The notes: generated by a model from the letters alone, not told the origin. A stretch of 64,000 bases of DNA from Octopus vulgaris (GCA_951406725.2 OX597820.1:58218001-58282000); one strand, 5' to 3'; shown: positions 11,590-25,320, numbered from the stretch's first letter. Numbers and translations are program-made.

Positions 11590-12335
11590 TTCTTTCTCAC
11601 CCTCTGTAATGGTCCCTTTCACCTTAGTTTATATCTGTTTCTCCCTCTTTCTCTCTCTCTCTCTCTCTGTCTCTTTCTCTCTCTCTAACTCACTTACATA
11701 CACTATTTACATTTCCCCCTCTATCGAAAAACGATGTGATGAATGAGGAGGTGGAGGAGGAGAAGTAAAGAGACACTTCCTCACTTTCCTTCTCCGTTTC
11801 TTTCTCTCTCGTCTCACTCCTTCATTAGAATTATGCACAGACATACAAATACACAGACATCTGCTAATATATAGATATTTAGATGTGACATCGTCGTCGT
11901 CGTGTAAAATGTCGTTTACGATTGTTGACTTATAGAAAGATTATAATGTTAAATTTTTGTAATGCAAATATGCAAATGAAAATAAAGTTTATTTGGTAGC
12001 CGAAAGATTACTGAATCTTTTAATATTCCATACGTCAAAATCGTCAACTATGTTTTCGAACGCTCACTCATATTCTCTTTCACCCTCTTTAATAGTTCCT
12101 CTCTTTTAGTCTGTCTCTTTCTTTCTCTCCCTCTCTCTCTCTCTCTCTCTACCTCACTCACACACATACTATTTACATTTCTCCCTCTATCTAAAAACGT
12201 TGTGACGAATGAGGAGATGGAGGAGGAGAAGTAAAAAGTCATTTGCTCAGTTTGTTTCTACGTTTCTTTCTCTCCCTTCTCACTCCCTCATTCGCATTAT
12301 GCACAGACATACAAATACAAATATATCTGCTAGAA
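11590..12335. repeat. Diverged direct duplication of a ~270-bp CT-rich unit
   Basis: actatttacatt...ctctatc.aaaaacg.tgtga.gaatgagga...tatgcacagacatacaaatac appears at ~11700-11870 and ~12170-12335. Confidence 0.75.
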
Positions 12336-12978
12336 CACACACACAGTATGAAACATCAGCGTCTCTGGTATATGAGTGCATCTGCATATGTACGTGTGTC
12401 TGCGCGTGCAAATGCGCTTGTGTATCTTATGTACGTGTGTGTCTGGTGCGTGCTTGTGTGCGTCGCAGATTCACGCGCGTGTGCATACATACGTAGATTA
12501 ATTAAAATTAATGGAAATGAAGTTCAGAGAAGAAGTACAATCCATTGCTGTTATATAAAATTCTACTTAAAAAACAATAGATAATAAATAGCACTGCTCA
12601 CTCGTAAAATTGAAATGAAATATATTCATTGTTTCATACAATCCGTCCGTACTATAATCATCTGCTAATTATAGAATATGTAAAATTCATGAACAATTGA
12701 AATTATTCATAAGAATTCTTCAGTTAATTCGTTTTCTATTTTTCTTATTTTCTTTTTTTTTTACGTTTGATTTTTTTCTGTAGGGCCATTTTTTTTTTGC
12801 TTTGTTTAGTGAACGAAAAAGATAAAATAACCGCAAGATGTGATTAAAGAAAAAATAATTCAAGATTGTTGAAAAAAAGATAATGATGTAAACGCACATT
12901 CCCATACATAATTGTATCTGAATGTGTGTTGTTTATATTTAAACACACATAATGCAGTCATATTTATATATATATATT

Positions 12979-13383
12979 GGCGTAGGAGTGGCTGTGTGGT
13001 AAGTAGCTTGCTTACCAACCACATGGCTCCGGGTTCAGTCCCACTGCGTGGCACCTTGGGCAAGCGTATAGCCTCGGGCCGACCAAAGCCATGTGAATGG
13101 ATTTGGTAGATGGAAACTGAAAGAAGACCGTCGTATATATATATATATATGTGTGTGCGTGTGTGTGTGTGTGTGTGTGTATACGTTTGTGTGTTTGTGT
13201 TTGTCCCCCCCTAAGATCGCTTGATAACCGATGCTAGTGTGTTTACGTCCCCGTAACATAGCGGTTCAGCAAAAGAGACCGACAGAATAAGTACAAAGAA
13301 TAAGTCCTAGGTTCGATTTGCTCGACTAAAAAAGGCGGTGCTCTAGCATGGCCACACTCAAATGACTGAAACGAGTAAAAGAA
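12979..13383 (+). mobile_element. tRNA-derived SINE family A (internal TA/GT microsatellite)
   Basis: Pol III A box (tggctgtgtgg) and B box (ggttcagtccc), conserved body, 3' aatgactgaaac.agtaaaag. More than 10 copies in the window. Confidence 0.9.
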
Positions 13384-14089
13384 TATATAATTGTATGTAT
13401 ATATGAAAAGGAAAAGAAACAAATAAGTGTGTATATATATGTGAGGGGGTATATCTGTATGTGTGTACGCATATATGCGTATGTATGTATCTATATGTAT
13501 GTGTGCGTGTGAGCGTGTGTGTGTGTGTGTAGACCCATCAGGCTCATTCATCTTTTCTCCTTTCGTCTTCCACCACCTTGTGACTACCTCCCCTCACTCC
13601 TCCTATGCCTGGAGCAAGAATAGTTGTGTTTAAGAAGGTCGCTTCAACAATGTAGTTTTGAGTTCGATCCCTGTACGTAGCACTCTGCACTAAAGCATCC
13701 GACCAATGACTTGAGAGTGGAACTTACAATAAAAGAAAACTCACGGAAGTTCGTCATGCATGGGTGTCCACCAATATTCGTGGTTACATTTACATTATAT
13801 GACTCAGTGGTTCGACAAATATTATTTAATAAAATAATCACTGACTTTTCAAAAAAGTAGAAAAGTACGTATGGTCGACTAAACGCAGGCGGTGCTCCAG
13901 CATAGCCGGAGTCCAATAATTGAAGCCAGAAGAAGAATGCAGATAGACATGTTCATACACATACATTGAGAAAGGTATACATGTGCATGTCTATATTATA
14001 AAAATATGCGCGCGCGTGTGTGTGTGTATATTTCCAGCCATTTTATCATGTTGAACTGTAAATCCCTAAACATTTTTTTTTTGCCGTTT

Positions 14090-14520
14090 TTTTTTTTCTT
14101 TTCGTTCTTTCTCCGTTTTTTTCCCTCTTAATCATTACTGTCGAGGAGCGTAGGCTCGAAACGTCAATGACTTTTCCATTCTTCCAGAGCGTTATCCTAA
14201 TACACCTGCCTGTTGTTCCTTCACCTGTCTTCGTCTTTTGTTTCCTGTAAATTTGAACGATATACATACATATATACATACATACATACATACATACATA
14301 CATAAATACATACATACACACATACATACACACATATAGCTGAAATTTACAGAAAAAAACAAAAGACGATAGGTGTATAAACACCAAGCAGATGTATTAG
14401 TTTGACGCTCGGGAAGGTAAGAAGTCTTTTACGTTTTGAGCCTACGCTCTTCAACAGAAAGGAACACGAAGAAATAATCAGAGGAAGAATATAAAAACTT
14501 GTTGATTTAGCGGTCAATCA
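14090..14520. mobile_element. Two PLE terminal-repeat (pLTR) fragments tail-to-tail around a (TACA)n tract, each with a hammerhead-like motif
   Basis: Plus-strand 14132-14170 tcatt-a-ctgtcga-g-gagc gtag gctc-GAAA-cg-TC-aatga. The minus-strand copy at 14426-14462 matches the terminus of the Penelope element at 30142-30177. Confidence 0.75.
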
Positions 14521-14761
14521 TATATATAGCAGGAGATGGATGAACACTGTCACATCATGTAAAATAATATCTGCTTACAAGGGCGGATTATACCAACAAG
14601 AAGTCAACGACAATCCAGCATCAAACCTAAAATTGGAGTGGTGTGGTGTCCCCCATTAATGTTTTTGATTCTGGCATTGTTGAACCCCTTCAACTGGTTG
14701 CCTCTTTCAGGCCTTGGTCCAGGAAGCCCCAGACGAGAGATACCCCTTGATAATGTGTGCG

Positions 14762-14813
<52 letters not shown>

Positions 14814-15681
14814 TCTGTGTGTCTGTGTGTCTGTGTCTATGTCTGTGTATTTTGCTGGCATCAGTCATTGGACTGTGGCCATGCTGGAGTACTGCCTTCA
14901 CCCCAAAACTTATTTGTTCAATTTCAGATTATTATTTCATTAATGCTATTTACAAGATAGAAATATAATCATGAATATAGACACACATGTACTCGAGGGT
15001 CGCTCTCATAATCTCGACTATCGGAACACATACACTCGAGGGTCGCTCGCAGTAGCTTGCACATGTCTGGAATGAGATTATAACCATTGTATCTTTTACT
15101 CTTTGTCGTAAAGATGGACTAATATCATTCATTCATTCTATCATTACCCAGGTGCAGGTTACATTCTGCAGGCAATGGAAATACTTAGATATTTTCTTAA
15201 CTTGCAGAATTTTGATCAGCTAATTGGCTGATTAACAGATTAACAGGACTCCTCAGCAATACATTCTTCGCTGAAAGTCATTAAGATGCATGATCTACAG
15301 GGTCACCAAGATAGTGCACTACTTCTAAATAGCATTGCTTTCTTATTATTTGTAACGAACTAATCAGCAGTCGGTATCAACATCTGGCCAAGTTGATTGA
15401 TTTTTCTAATGAGTCTGCACGAATTAGACAAGGTTCACCAGGTCGGGACATTACGGCGAATAGAAAGATTTACTGGATAAAACTACAAAGAAAGATAGCA
15501 TCAAAACAGAAAATAACCTCTTACAAGTTAAACCACAAGCGAAAAGTTTTACTCAATCACATGCACACAAACATACATATACATCTTTCGTTATACCTCT
15601 ATGTAATACTATAAAGAGCTTGACATTGTAAGAGAGACGTAAAATAAATCAATCTAAAAACACATCAATAATATACACGTG

Positions 15682-15990
15682 TGGAGGCGCAATAGCCCAG
15701 TGGTTAGGGCAGCGAACTCTCGGTCGGAGGATTGCGATTTCGATTCCCAGACCGGGTGTTGTGTGTGTTTATTGGGCGAAAATACCTAAAGATCCACAAG
15801 GCTCCGGCGGGTGGGGGGCGACCCCTGTAGTACTCTTTCGCCCCAAATTTCTCTCACTCTTTCTTCTTGTTTCTTGAGTAACGCTGCGATGGACTGGCGT
15901 CCCGTTCAGTTGGGGGGAACACATACGCCACAGAAACGGGGAAACTGGGCCTATGAGCCTGGCTAGGCTTGAAAAGGGCGCATAAATGAT
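15682..15990 (+). mobile_element. tRNA-derived SINE family C
   Basis: A box (tagcccagtgg), B box (tttcgattccc), central ctgcgatggactggcgtcccgt motif reminiscent of V-SINE-type domains, and a (taaa)n tail. Confidence 0.75.
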
Positions 15991-16101
15991 AAATAAATAA
16001 TAAAATATACACGTGCAAAATATCAATATGAAATAAATAGCAATTTACCCAAAAAGAGCTGTGATATTGCAAACGATAATCCAATCTTATGAGTGGGAGA
16101 A

Positions 16102-16315
16102 GGCGGCGAGCTGGCAGAAACGTTAGAACGTCGGACGAAATGCTTAGCGGTATTTCGTCTGTCTTTACGTTCTGAGTTCAAATTCTGCCGAGGTCGACTT
16201 TGCCTGTCATCATTTCGGGATCGATAAATTAAGTACCAGTTGCGTACTGAGGTTGATCTAATCGACTAGCCCCTCCTCCAAAAAGTTCGGGCCTTGTGCC
16301 TAGAGTAGAAAAGAA
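16102..16315 (+). mobile_element. tRNA-derived SINE family B with target-site duplication
   Basis: ggcggcgagctggcagaa...gagttcaaattc...gtcgactttgcc, flanked by the direct repeat aatcttatgagtgg. Confidence 0.85.
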
Positions 16316-16424
16316 TCTTATGAGTGGAGAAGGTATTGTGTACATTTACCTGTCTTTATAGGTTTTAGCTATTCTACGTCTAAGCGCTGTGTGTGTGTGC
16401 GTGCAAGTCTGTAATTGTATTATT

Positions 16425-17127
16425 TTACTATTCTTTTGCTTGTTTCAGACATTTGACTGCGGCTGTGATGCAGCACCGCCTTAAAAGGTTTTTAGAAGAA
16501 CAAATCGACCTTAGGACTTATTTTTTAAGCCTAGTACTTATTTAATTGGTCTCTTTTGTCGAAACGGTAAATTACGGGAACCTAAATAGACAAACACCAG
16601 TTGCCATGCGGTGGTCGGGGGACGAACACAGACACAAAGACAAACACGTCGATATATACATACACACATATATATATTTATACACACACACACGCACACA
16701 CATATATATATATATGTACTTGATGCTTTTTGTGAACACATTACCAGTTTTCCTTTTAATACCCTACAAAAACAACGAATTAAATCCAACCTTAATGTAA
16801 ATGAATGGAAAGACCTAATCGAGTTAAAAAATGATATAAACCTCACCATTAAAGAAGCCGTCAAAGTGCGGTAGTGGTGATGGACATAGAATACTACAAA
16901 AATTGAATACTCTCCATGTTGGAAAATAATATTTACTATGAGAAGATAGTACAATACAACCCACAGAAGACACTTAAAATATTATCCTCCTTACTTCAAA
17001 TACATGGAAAGGGCCTCACTAAACATGAAATAGACTATTTATCCAATTTTAAATACAAACCTAGTCTATTCTATGGACTACCTAAAATATACAAAAATAT
17101 ACACTTTTGTAAAGCTTCCAAAGTTTC

Positions 17128-17166
<39 letters not shown>

Positions 17167-17337
17167 ACGGGCTTCTTTCAGTTTACTTCTACCAAATCCA
17201 CTCATCCACTCGTCGGTAGATTTAGTCGGCTCGAGACTGTAGTAGAAGGCACTCGCCTAGGGTGCCACGCAATTAGACTGAACCCAGAGCTATGTGGTTG
17301 GAAAGCAAGCTTCTTACCACACAGCCACGCCTGCCCC
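16425..17337 (-). mobile_element. SINE family A split by a Penelope RT fragment
   Basis: The 3' half lies at ~16425-16655 and the 5' half at ~17165-17337. Confidence 0.8.
16715..17130 (+). mobile_element. Penelope-like element RT N-terminal fragment
   Basis: SNLNVNEWKDLIELKNDINLTIKEAVK (compare NL..E..AL..L....I.IK.ADK) and LFYGLPKIYK (compare FYGLPKIHK). Bounded by (TA)n. Confidence 0.85.
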
Positions 17338-17864
17338 TGTATACACAACGAGGAATGACTAAGATTCGAAATTGTATAGTTAAGAAATTACCAATTAGAT
17401 TGCATCACTTGCTATCCGACACAAATGTATTCCACCTTGGATCGACTATACCTTTTAATGTTTTATGAGTGAACTCAAATAGAAGGAAACTGTGTAGTAT
17501 ATAGTTGAGTACATATATATATGTAGGCACACATTCTGGGATGAATACGATCAACTAAATGCTTGAAGGCTGTACCTGTACCCCAGCATGGTTTCAGTCC
17601 ATGACTGAAGCTAGTAAGACACTCGCGCGCGCGCTTGTACACACACACACTTTAACCAGGTAACTATTGTCTCCCTTACCACCTACACTCCCAGCTGCCT
17701 CCTTCTTTCCGGTCAATCCAACCTGTAGCACCTTTCATTAAGACACTTTTTTCTTACCATTTTTTCTTTCCATTTTTCCTAGATTAATACACCTTCTCTA
17801 TTGTTTTTTTTTACCTTGCTCTGTTTTTGTATTTTTTGTATATATTTTAACAAATCTTTTCTCT

Positions 17865-18079
17865 TTCTTTTTATCTTTTACATGTTCCAGTCACTAAACT
17901 GCGACCATGTTGGAGTATTGCCTTGAAGAATTTTTAGTCGAATGAATCGACCCAGTACTTTTCTTCTTAAGCCTGGTACATATTATATCGATCTCTTTGC
18001 CGAACCGGTAATTTGCGGGGATGTAAACGCACCAACATCAGTTGTCAAGCAGTAATGCGTGACAAACACAAACACACAC

Positions 18080-18120
<41 letters not shown>

Positions 18121-18150
18121 CATACATACATACATACATACATACATACA

Positions 18151-18182
<32 letters not shown>

Positions 18183-18345
18183 CGACAGGCTTTTTTCAGT
18201 TTCCGTCGACCAATACCACTCATAAAACCTTGGTCGGTCCGTGACCATAGCAAAAGACACTTGCCCACAGTGCTATGCAATGAGACTGAATACAAAACCA
18301 TGTGGCTGAGAAGCAAGCTGCTTACCACACAACCATGTCTGCGCC
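17865..18345 (-). mobile_element. SINE family A
   Basis: Reverse-complement match to the 12979 copy, with an internal (GATA)n(CATA)n tract. Confidence 0.85.
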
Positions 18346-18425
<80 letters not shown>

Positions 18426-18454
18426 GTGTGTGTGTATATATATATATGTATATA

Positions 18455-18553
<99 letters not shown>

Positions 18554-18599
18554 GTGTGTGTGTGTGTTTCTGTGTTTCTGTGTGCATGTATATATATAA

Positions 18600-18990
18600 T
18601 TAAAAACGGAGAAAAAGACTAGGAAAAACAACGTGAGGACGTAGCACATGTAAAGTATTGATAAGACGCTCAGAGAAAGGAAAGAGTAGTTGTTTTACGT
18701 TTTGAGCATAGCTCTTGTGTGTGTGTGTGTGTGAATTTAGCTTTTTTTTATAAGGCCAAAACAATGCAAGCTATAAGAAATAATGCATGTTGATGGTTCG
18801 TACTGCATTTAAGCATTTTGAGTTTAAGACTCATTCTTCAGAAAATCTTCGGAGAAATGTTGTCAGCTCACTAAAAACACTATTTCTCAGATTTTCTGAA
18901 AAAAAGGTTTAAACCTCAAAATATTTAAATACAAGGTAAAAGCAAAAACCATCGACTTGCATTGTCTTGGATATAAAAAGGTTAAAATCA
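18600..18990 (-). mobile_element. Two adjacent PLE pLTR-like fragments with decayed hammerhead motifs
   Basis: Minus strand: gagc tat gctc-aaaa-cg-ta (~18693-18716) and ttt-CTGAAGA-at-gagt cttaa actc-aaaa-tgc-tt-aaa (18808-18845). GAAA to AAAA is consistent with CpG decay. Confidence 0.5.
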
Positions 18991-18997
18991 TATATAC

Positions 18998-19062
<65 letters not shown>

Positions 19063-19210
19063 CTTTATATCTTTGCACATACACAAACACACTTATATAG
19101 ATATGTTTATATATATATATGTGTGTGTATACATACATATATACATACATGTGTATATATATATATGTATATATTTACACATATATATACACATAGGCAT
19201 ACGTATATAT

Positions 19211-19611
19211 CTCTTTTACTCTTTTACTTGTTTCAGTCATTTGACTGCGGCCATGCTGGAGCACCGCCTTTAGTCGAGCAAATCGACCCCGGGACTTATT
19301 CTTTGTAAGCCCAGTACTTATCCTATCGGTCTTTTATGCCGAACCGCTAAGTGACGGGGACGTAAACACACCAGCATCGGTTGTCAAGCAATGCTAGGGG
19401 GACAAACACAGACACAGACACACACATATATATATATATACATATATACGACAGGCTTCTTTCAGTTTCCGTCTACCAAATCCACTCACAAGGCATTGGT
19501 CGGCCCTGGGCTATAGCAGAAGACACTTGCCCAAGATGTCACGCGGTGGGACTGAACCCGGAACCATGTGGTTCGTAAGCAAGCTACTTACCACACAGCC
19601 ACTCCTGCGCC
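19211..19611 (-). mobile_element. SINE family A, full length
   Basis: Complete reverse-complement copy with intact A and B boxes. Confidence 0.9.
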
Positions 19612-19725
<114 letters not shown>

Positions 19726-19758
19726 AGGATGAAAAGGAACACACGAGTTGATATATAT

Positions 19759-20267
19759 GAAAAAACAAGTCAAGATAGAAAATGCTAAAATAATTTTATA
19801 AAGAACATTTCAGTACGGTTTCAGTCATTTGAGACCTTTTCAACTGTAACGATTAAATAATTAAATTTAGAAAAATTAAAGAAAAGTTTTTTAAAAGAAT
19901 ATTTGTATAGTGTTCAAATATAAGTGGCATTTTCCTTCTTTCTACCTTTCTCTGTCTCTCTTGTTTACACTTGTGGGTTCAAGGTTCATGTGAATTCTTG
20001 GTAGGGAAGACTTCCCTACCAAGAATTCACAAGAGTGAATTCACCTGGAACCCACAAGAGTAATCAAGAGAGACAGAGAAAGGCAGAAACAAAGAAACTG
20101 CCACTTATATTTTAACACTATACAAATATTCTTTTAAAAAAACTTTTCTTTTAATTTTTCTAAATTTAATTATTTAATCGTTACAGTTGAAAAGGCCTCA
20201 AATGACTGAAACCGGTACTGAAATGTTCTTTATAAAATTATTTTAGCATTTTCTATCTTGACTTGTT

Positions 20268-20271
<4 letters not shown>
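19759..20271. mobile_element. ~510-bp palindromic element flanked by (TA)n, carrying two outward-facing hammerhead motifs
   Basis: The arms are reverse complements. The centre is a perfect 20-bp hairpin (19990-20030). HHR motifs lie at 19811-19846(-) and 20184-20220(+). Confidence 0.9.
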
Positions 20272-20299
<28 letters not shown>

Positions 20300-20306
<7 letters not shown>

Positions 20307-20830
20307 GAGGTTATGAGAGGTAATGGTGTCAATAAGACCCCAAGCTGTTAGATAATGATGAGTAAGTGCTATGGACAAACCATAGTAAATCTCCAGGTTC
20401 GCTGATTAGGGGAATAAGGAGTCCAACGTAGGTCATATATCAGCATGTGTATATATAAATTTTCATTTTTTCAGAATAAGATGAAAAAACCAAGGCTGTG
20501 AAGATTTTAGAACATTTATAAATAGGTCTTATAGATATTTCCGGGATATTTTTTATATCCCTTCATCGGAGACGGTGTGAGAAAATGGTTAAGCAATAGT
20601 TTATTAAGATAAGATATGAAATAGAGAGTGAAGAGGGGGAATGAAAATAGATATAAGTGATGCAGGGATACTGCATTTGTAGATCCATTATTTAGGCAGG
20701 ATGGTATGCATATAAGATCCCAATACCTTGTGAGTAAATTCCAATAATATTTAAAATTGGTCATTCCAAGTATAGAGTTTGTACACAGTGCTGTTGAATC
20801 GAGCGTTTTATCTAAAGTGACCTAAAAGTA
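20300..20830 (-). mobile_element. PLE 3' end/pLTR with a hammerhead motif at 20526-20573
   Basis: gtct-CCGATGA-a-gggata taaaaaa tatccc-g-GAAA-tatcta-TA-agac. Upstream IPSCLN weakly resembles the P.GLN end of PLE ORFs. Confidence 0.6.
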
Positions 20831-20925
20831 GGGAATGTATTTGTAAGGTCATATCGAAAACAGAAATATATATATGCGTGTGTGTGTGAGTGTGTGTTGT
20901 ATGTGTGTGCATAAAGATATGCAAG

Positions 20926-20959
<34 letters not shown>

Positions 20960-21496
20960 CATACATACATACATACATACATACATACATACATACATAC
21001 ATACATACATACATACATACATGCATGCATACATACGTACGCACTTACATTTATGTTTTTGTGTGCATTCATATTTCATGTAAAGACCTTGTGTTTAGAG
21101 AGTACCAAATTTTAAGCTAGCTCAAAATAGTACTTGATTTGGTCTTCTTTTATCACCCCAGAAGGAAAACGACAAAGTTAACTTCAATCTAATTTGAACT
21201 CAGAACGTAGTCCGCTAACACTGTCAGGCAGCTCGTCAATAAAAACCTGGCATGTGAATGTGCGTGTGTGTGTGTGTGTGTGTAAACTCGGAATCCTTGA
21301 GTTCAACTCCATGGCATATCACTTCATTGAACAATATACTGGTACAACTCTTTGTCTAGTTTACCCTTGATGTGAATGTTCGGGATCTGTTCGTTATTGT
21401 AACTAATATAATAGCATTCTATTCTCTAACAAGATGCATCCCACCCGCCATACATTTCATATCATTTAAGAACTAGCTAATCACCAGCTTTTTTGT

Positions 21497-21833
21497 GAAG
21501 GCGCATGACTCAGTGGTTAGAGCGTCGAGCTTATGATCATGAAGTTGTGAGTTCGATTCCCGGACCGGGCTGCGCGTTGTGTTCTTGAGCAAGATACTTT
21601 ATTTCACGTTGCTCCAGTTAACTCGGCTGTAGAAATGAGTTGCGACATCACTGGAACCAAGCTGTATCTGCTGTTGCCTTTCTCTTGGATAACATCAGTG
21701 GCATGGAGAAGGGAGGCTGGCAAGCATAGGCGACTGCTGGCCTTCCATAAACAACCTTCCCCGGACTTGTACCTCGCAGGGTAACTTTCTAGGTGCAATC
21801 CTGTGGTCATTCATGACTGAAGGGGGTCTCCCC
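21497..21833 (+). mobile_element. tRNA-derived SINE family D
   Basis: gaaggcgcatgactcagtggttagagc...gagttcgattccc. The body is shared with 54205-54513. Confidence 0.85.
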
Positions 21834-22686
21834 CATGAATCACCAGTTTTACCAGTCTCTGATAGCCAAGGAAATTCTTTCGCCAAATGCATTATATATA
21901 TGTTATGTATGTGTGACTGCGTAAGCATATAGAAGGATAAAGAAAGAAAATAGAAAGACGGGATTATATGCAGACAGAGAAAGAGATAAAAATTATCAAA
22001 AGAATTACAACTCATATAAGCTTAAGAAGTATTTGAGGGTAAATGTAATTTCATTTTAGTCTAGATTTCTATTTAGTTATCGGTTAAATTGTATATTCAA
22101 TATTTAAATTTCTCATAAATGCAATTTATTATTTTTTATTGTTTTCTTTTAAGTCTTAGTCAAGTCAAGGCTTATCAATTTTACATTTCGGTGGAAATTA
22201 TATTATGTGATTAATTTAATTATTCCTTTCACGAATCAATCACTTTGTGGGAAATAACGTGAGTTCATAGGTGCTTCAGAAACACATTATTTTGATTCAT
22301 TATATTTAAATGGGTAATTAAATAGTCAACCTTCTCGTTTTTACACCAAACTACTAATTACCAAGCATACAACATATAAGCAACTACAAGTACCATGGCC
22401 TCGTGTGTGGATATGTTCACACATGCGCATATATATATATTTATATATATGTGGCTACGAGTGTAAGTATTGACGTATGTTCCTCTATCCACATTTCAGT
22501 ATCTGATTCAAAACAAACGCACAAATATGTGTGCATTCGTATGTACGTGTGTTCCCGCGCACGTATGTGTATGCGTGCGAACGTATGTCTACGGACGTAG
22601 ACATACGTTTTATACACACACTCATATAGAGTAATATATCATGTATGCGTGTATGTTTGTGTGTACGTGGATGAGCATTTAAATGT

Positions 22687-22717
<31 letters not shown>

Positions 22718-22718
<1 letters not shown>

Positions 22719-23164
22719 ATCGCCCGTCGTGCTACTGATCCTGCCAGCTCGCCGCCTTTATATCAACAATATTTATTTCTTTATTGCCCACAGGGAGCTA
22801 AACAAACGGATTAAGTCGATTATATCGACCCCAGTGAGTAACTGGTACTTAATTTATCGACCCCGAAAGGATGAAAGGCAAAGTCGACCTCGGCGGAATT
22901 TGAACTCAGAATGTAGCGGCAGACGAAATACCTATTTCTTTACTACCCACAAGGGGCTAAACATAGAGGGGACAAACAAGGACAGACATAGGTATTAAGT
23001 CAATTACATCGACCCCAGTGCGTAACTAGTACTTAATTTATCAACCCCGAAAGGATGAAAGGCAAAGTCGACCTCGGCGGAATTTGAACTCAGAACGTAA
23101 CGGCAGACGAAATACAGCTAGGCATTTCGCCCGGCATGCTAACGTTTCTGCCAGCTCACCGCCT
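22718..23164 (-). mobile_element. SINE family B head-to-tail dimer plus an extra 5' head
   Basis: The body occurs twice, joined by ...gtaaagaaatag|gtatttcgtctg. Confidence 0.85.
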
Positions 23165-23274
23165 TTATATCAACCCTATTAATAATAAAGATTATTACGA
23201 AGTGGCATAGCATTACTTTTAATTCTTTCTGTCCAGATACAACTTTACATTTACCTATACGCACACACATATTA

Positions 23275-23610
23275 TTTTATTCTTTTACTTGTTTCAGTCA
23301 TTTCAATGCCGTCATGCTGGAGCACTGCCTTTAGTCGAACAAATAGACTTATTCTTTGTAAGCCTAGTACCCATTCTAATGATGTCTTTTGCCGAACCAC
23401 TAACTTACGGTGACGTGAACACACCAGCATCGGTTGTCAAGCGATGGTGGGGGACAAACACAGACTCACAAACACATATATATACGACAGGCTTCTTTCA
23501 GTTTCTGTCTACCAAACCCACTCACAAGGCTTTGATCTGCCCGAGGCTATAGAAGACACTTGCCCAAGGTGCCACGTGGTTTGGAAACAAGCTTCTTACC
23601 GCACAGTCAT
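23275..23610 (-). mobile_element. SINE family A
   Basis: Reverse-complement match with small deletions. Confidence 0.85.
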
Positions 23611-24888
23611 TTATTTAATCATTCAATCATTCATCCATTTCTTACAGTGAATTGATACCAGGAAGGATGAAAGAAAAGATCTAAAATTCAAAAAGGAAAC
23701 CGGTCGTAAGTAAATGCTGAAATGTTGATACGTAGACATACGTTCATGTAGCCCCACCAGTCAACAGTGAACATTGCTCGTGTTGTCCCCGTTTATGGGG
23801 CATAACTTTTTGTAGCTCCTTGATGCAACTTCAGTTTTGTGTCAAGCTGAGACGGAGGCAGGGAATCTGGCATCTAGAATATTCTCAGGCGCTCACTGAC
23901 CTCCTGCAACGGGATTGATGGATGTTCCACATAGAATTGTGACGGCATTCTCAGTGGAACTCGGTCGGCTTTCAGGTCGAGGACAACTATGAATAAACTC
24001 CAGAAGCATTTTGGTCTGGCATTAATATTGAAGGACGCTACCATATCCAGATAAACTTTACTGATACAGATGTAGAGTCGAACGAGACTATGTGAGATGT
24101 ACACATTGACGAAACCGTTCTGTAGGCGCTCATCAGTGTCCAGACATCGTTGACTTATGAAGTTATATGCTTCAGCCTCTTAGGTAGTTTAGTTGTGCCA
24201 AGTACAGAAATGTCCACAAGAACAAACTATCATTTTAGCCTACCACAATTTCTACATCTCATATTGCAAGGTCTTGATATTTCTCTGGTTTTTGTTTCGT
24301 TTTATTTTCTGGGGTTTTTTGCTTTTTGTTGTGGGTTTTTTGCAATTTCTTTAACATCTACTTTATTATCATATGATAGGCGAAGAAGAGGGAGAAGGCG
24401 GAGAAGGAGGAGAAAGGAGGAAGAGGAGTTAGTAGGCATGCCGGTTCATTCTTTGTTTGTTTTTTTTCTTATAGTGAAAAGTAAAAAGAATTTTAAAAAC
24501 TAAATCGTCATCATTGGAAGCGATATTTGTTCAGGCGTAGCAAAGCTGTGTGAGGTCATTGACAAATTTGATAGGTAATTGTAAATAATTGTTGTAATAA
24601 TGTTGGTAGTAGTCAGTGAGGCGTAGCAATGGATTGTTTTCAATGGAATTCGAATTTGGCAAGAATAAAGGGTGGTGGTGGTGGTACTGCTGCTGCTGCT
24701 GGCGGTGTTAGGGATGGCGACCGTAGTGGTGGCTGCCGTTGTCATCATAGTAATAGTAGTGGTGGTGGTGGTGGTATTTAATAATGATAAATTTTATAGA
24801 AATCGGAAGGAAAAGGATATTTTGGGAGATCATTTAGAGCACACAAGTGTGTATATTTGTGAGTGTGTGTGTGTGTATTTGTGTGCGT

Positions 24889-24927
<39 letters not shown>

Positions 24928-24946
24928 CAGTGTATATTTGTGTGTG

Positions 24947-25320
24947 CGTGGTAAGTAGCTTGCTTACCAACCACATGATTCCGGGTTCAGTCCCACTGCG
25001 TGACACCTTGGGCAAGTGTCTTCTACTATAGCCTCGAGCCGACCAAAGCCTTGTGAGTGGATTGTTAGACGGAAACTGAAAGAAGTCCGTCGTATATATA
25101 TATGTGTGTGTGTGTGTGTTTGTTTGTTCTTCCGACATCGCTTGACAACCGATGCTGGTGTGTTTACGTCTCCGTAACTTAGCGGTTCGGCAAAAGAGAC
25201 CGATAGAATTTGTACTAAGCTTACAAAAAATAAGTCCTGGGATCGATTTCCTTGACTAAAGGTTGTGCTCCAGCATGGACACAGTCAAATGACTGAAACA
25301 AGTAAAAGAGAGTAAAAAGA
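24947..25320 (+). mobile_element. SINE family A
   Basis: Direct match to the 12979 copy. Confidence 0.9.

Noticed and set aside
15682-15756. tRNA-like heads here and at 21497 and 34128 as genuine tRNA genes
   Set aside because: They are attached to repeat bodies and lack a complete cloverleaf or acceptor stem.
17652-17692. Minus-strand GKG...TWL-like words as a candidate last cyclase exon
   Set aside because: Needs a frameshift and has no polypyrimidine acceptor.
23760-24150. Minus-strand ctgatga at ~24133 within a GC-richer island
   Set aside because: No matching GAAA or stem architecture; probably an old retroelement remnant that I cannot classify.
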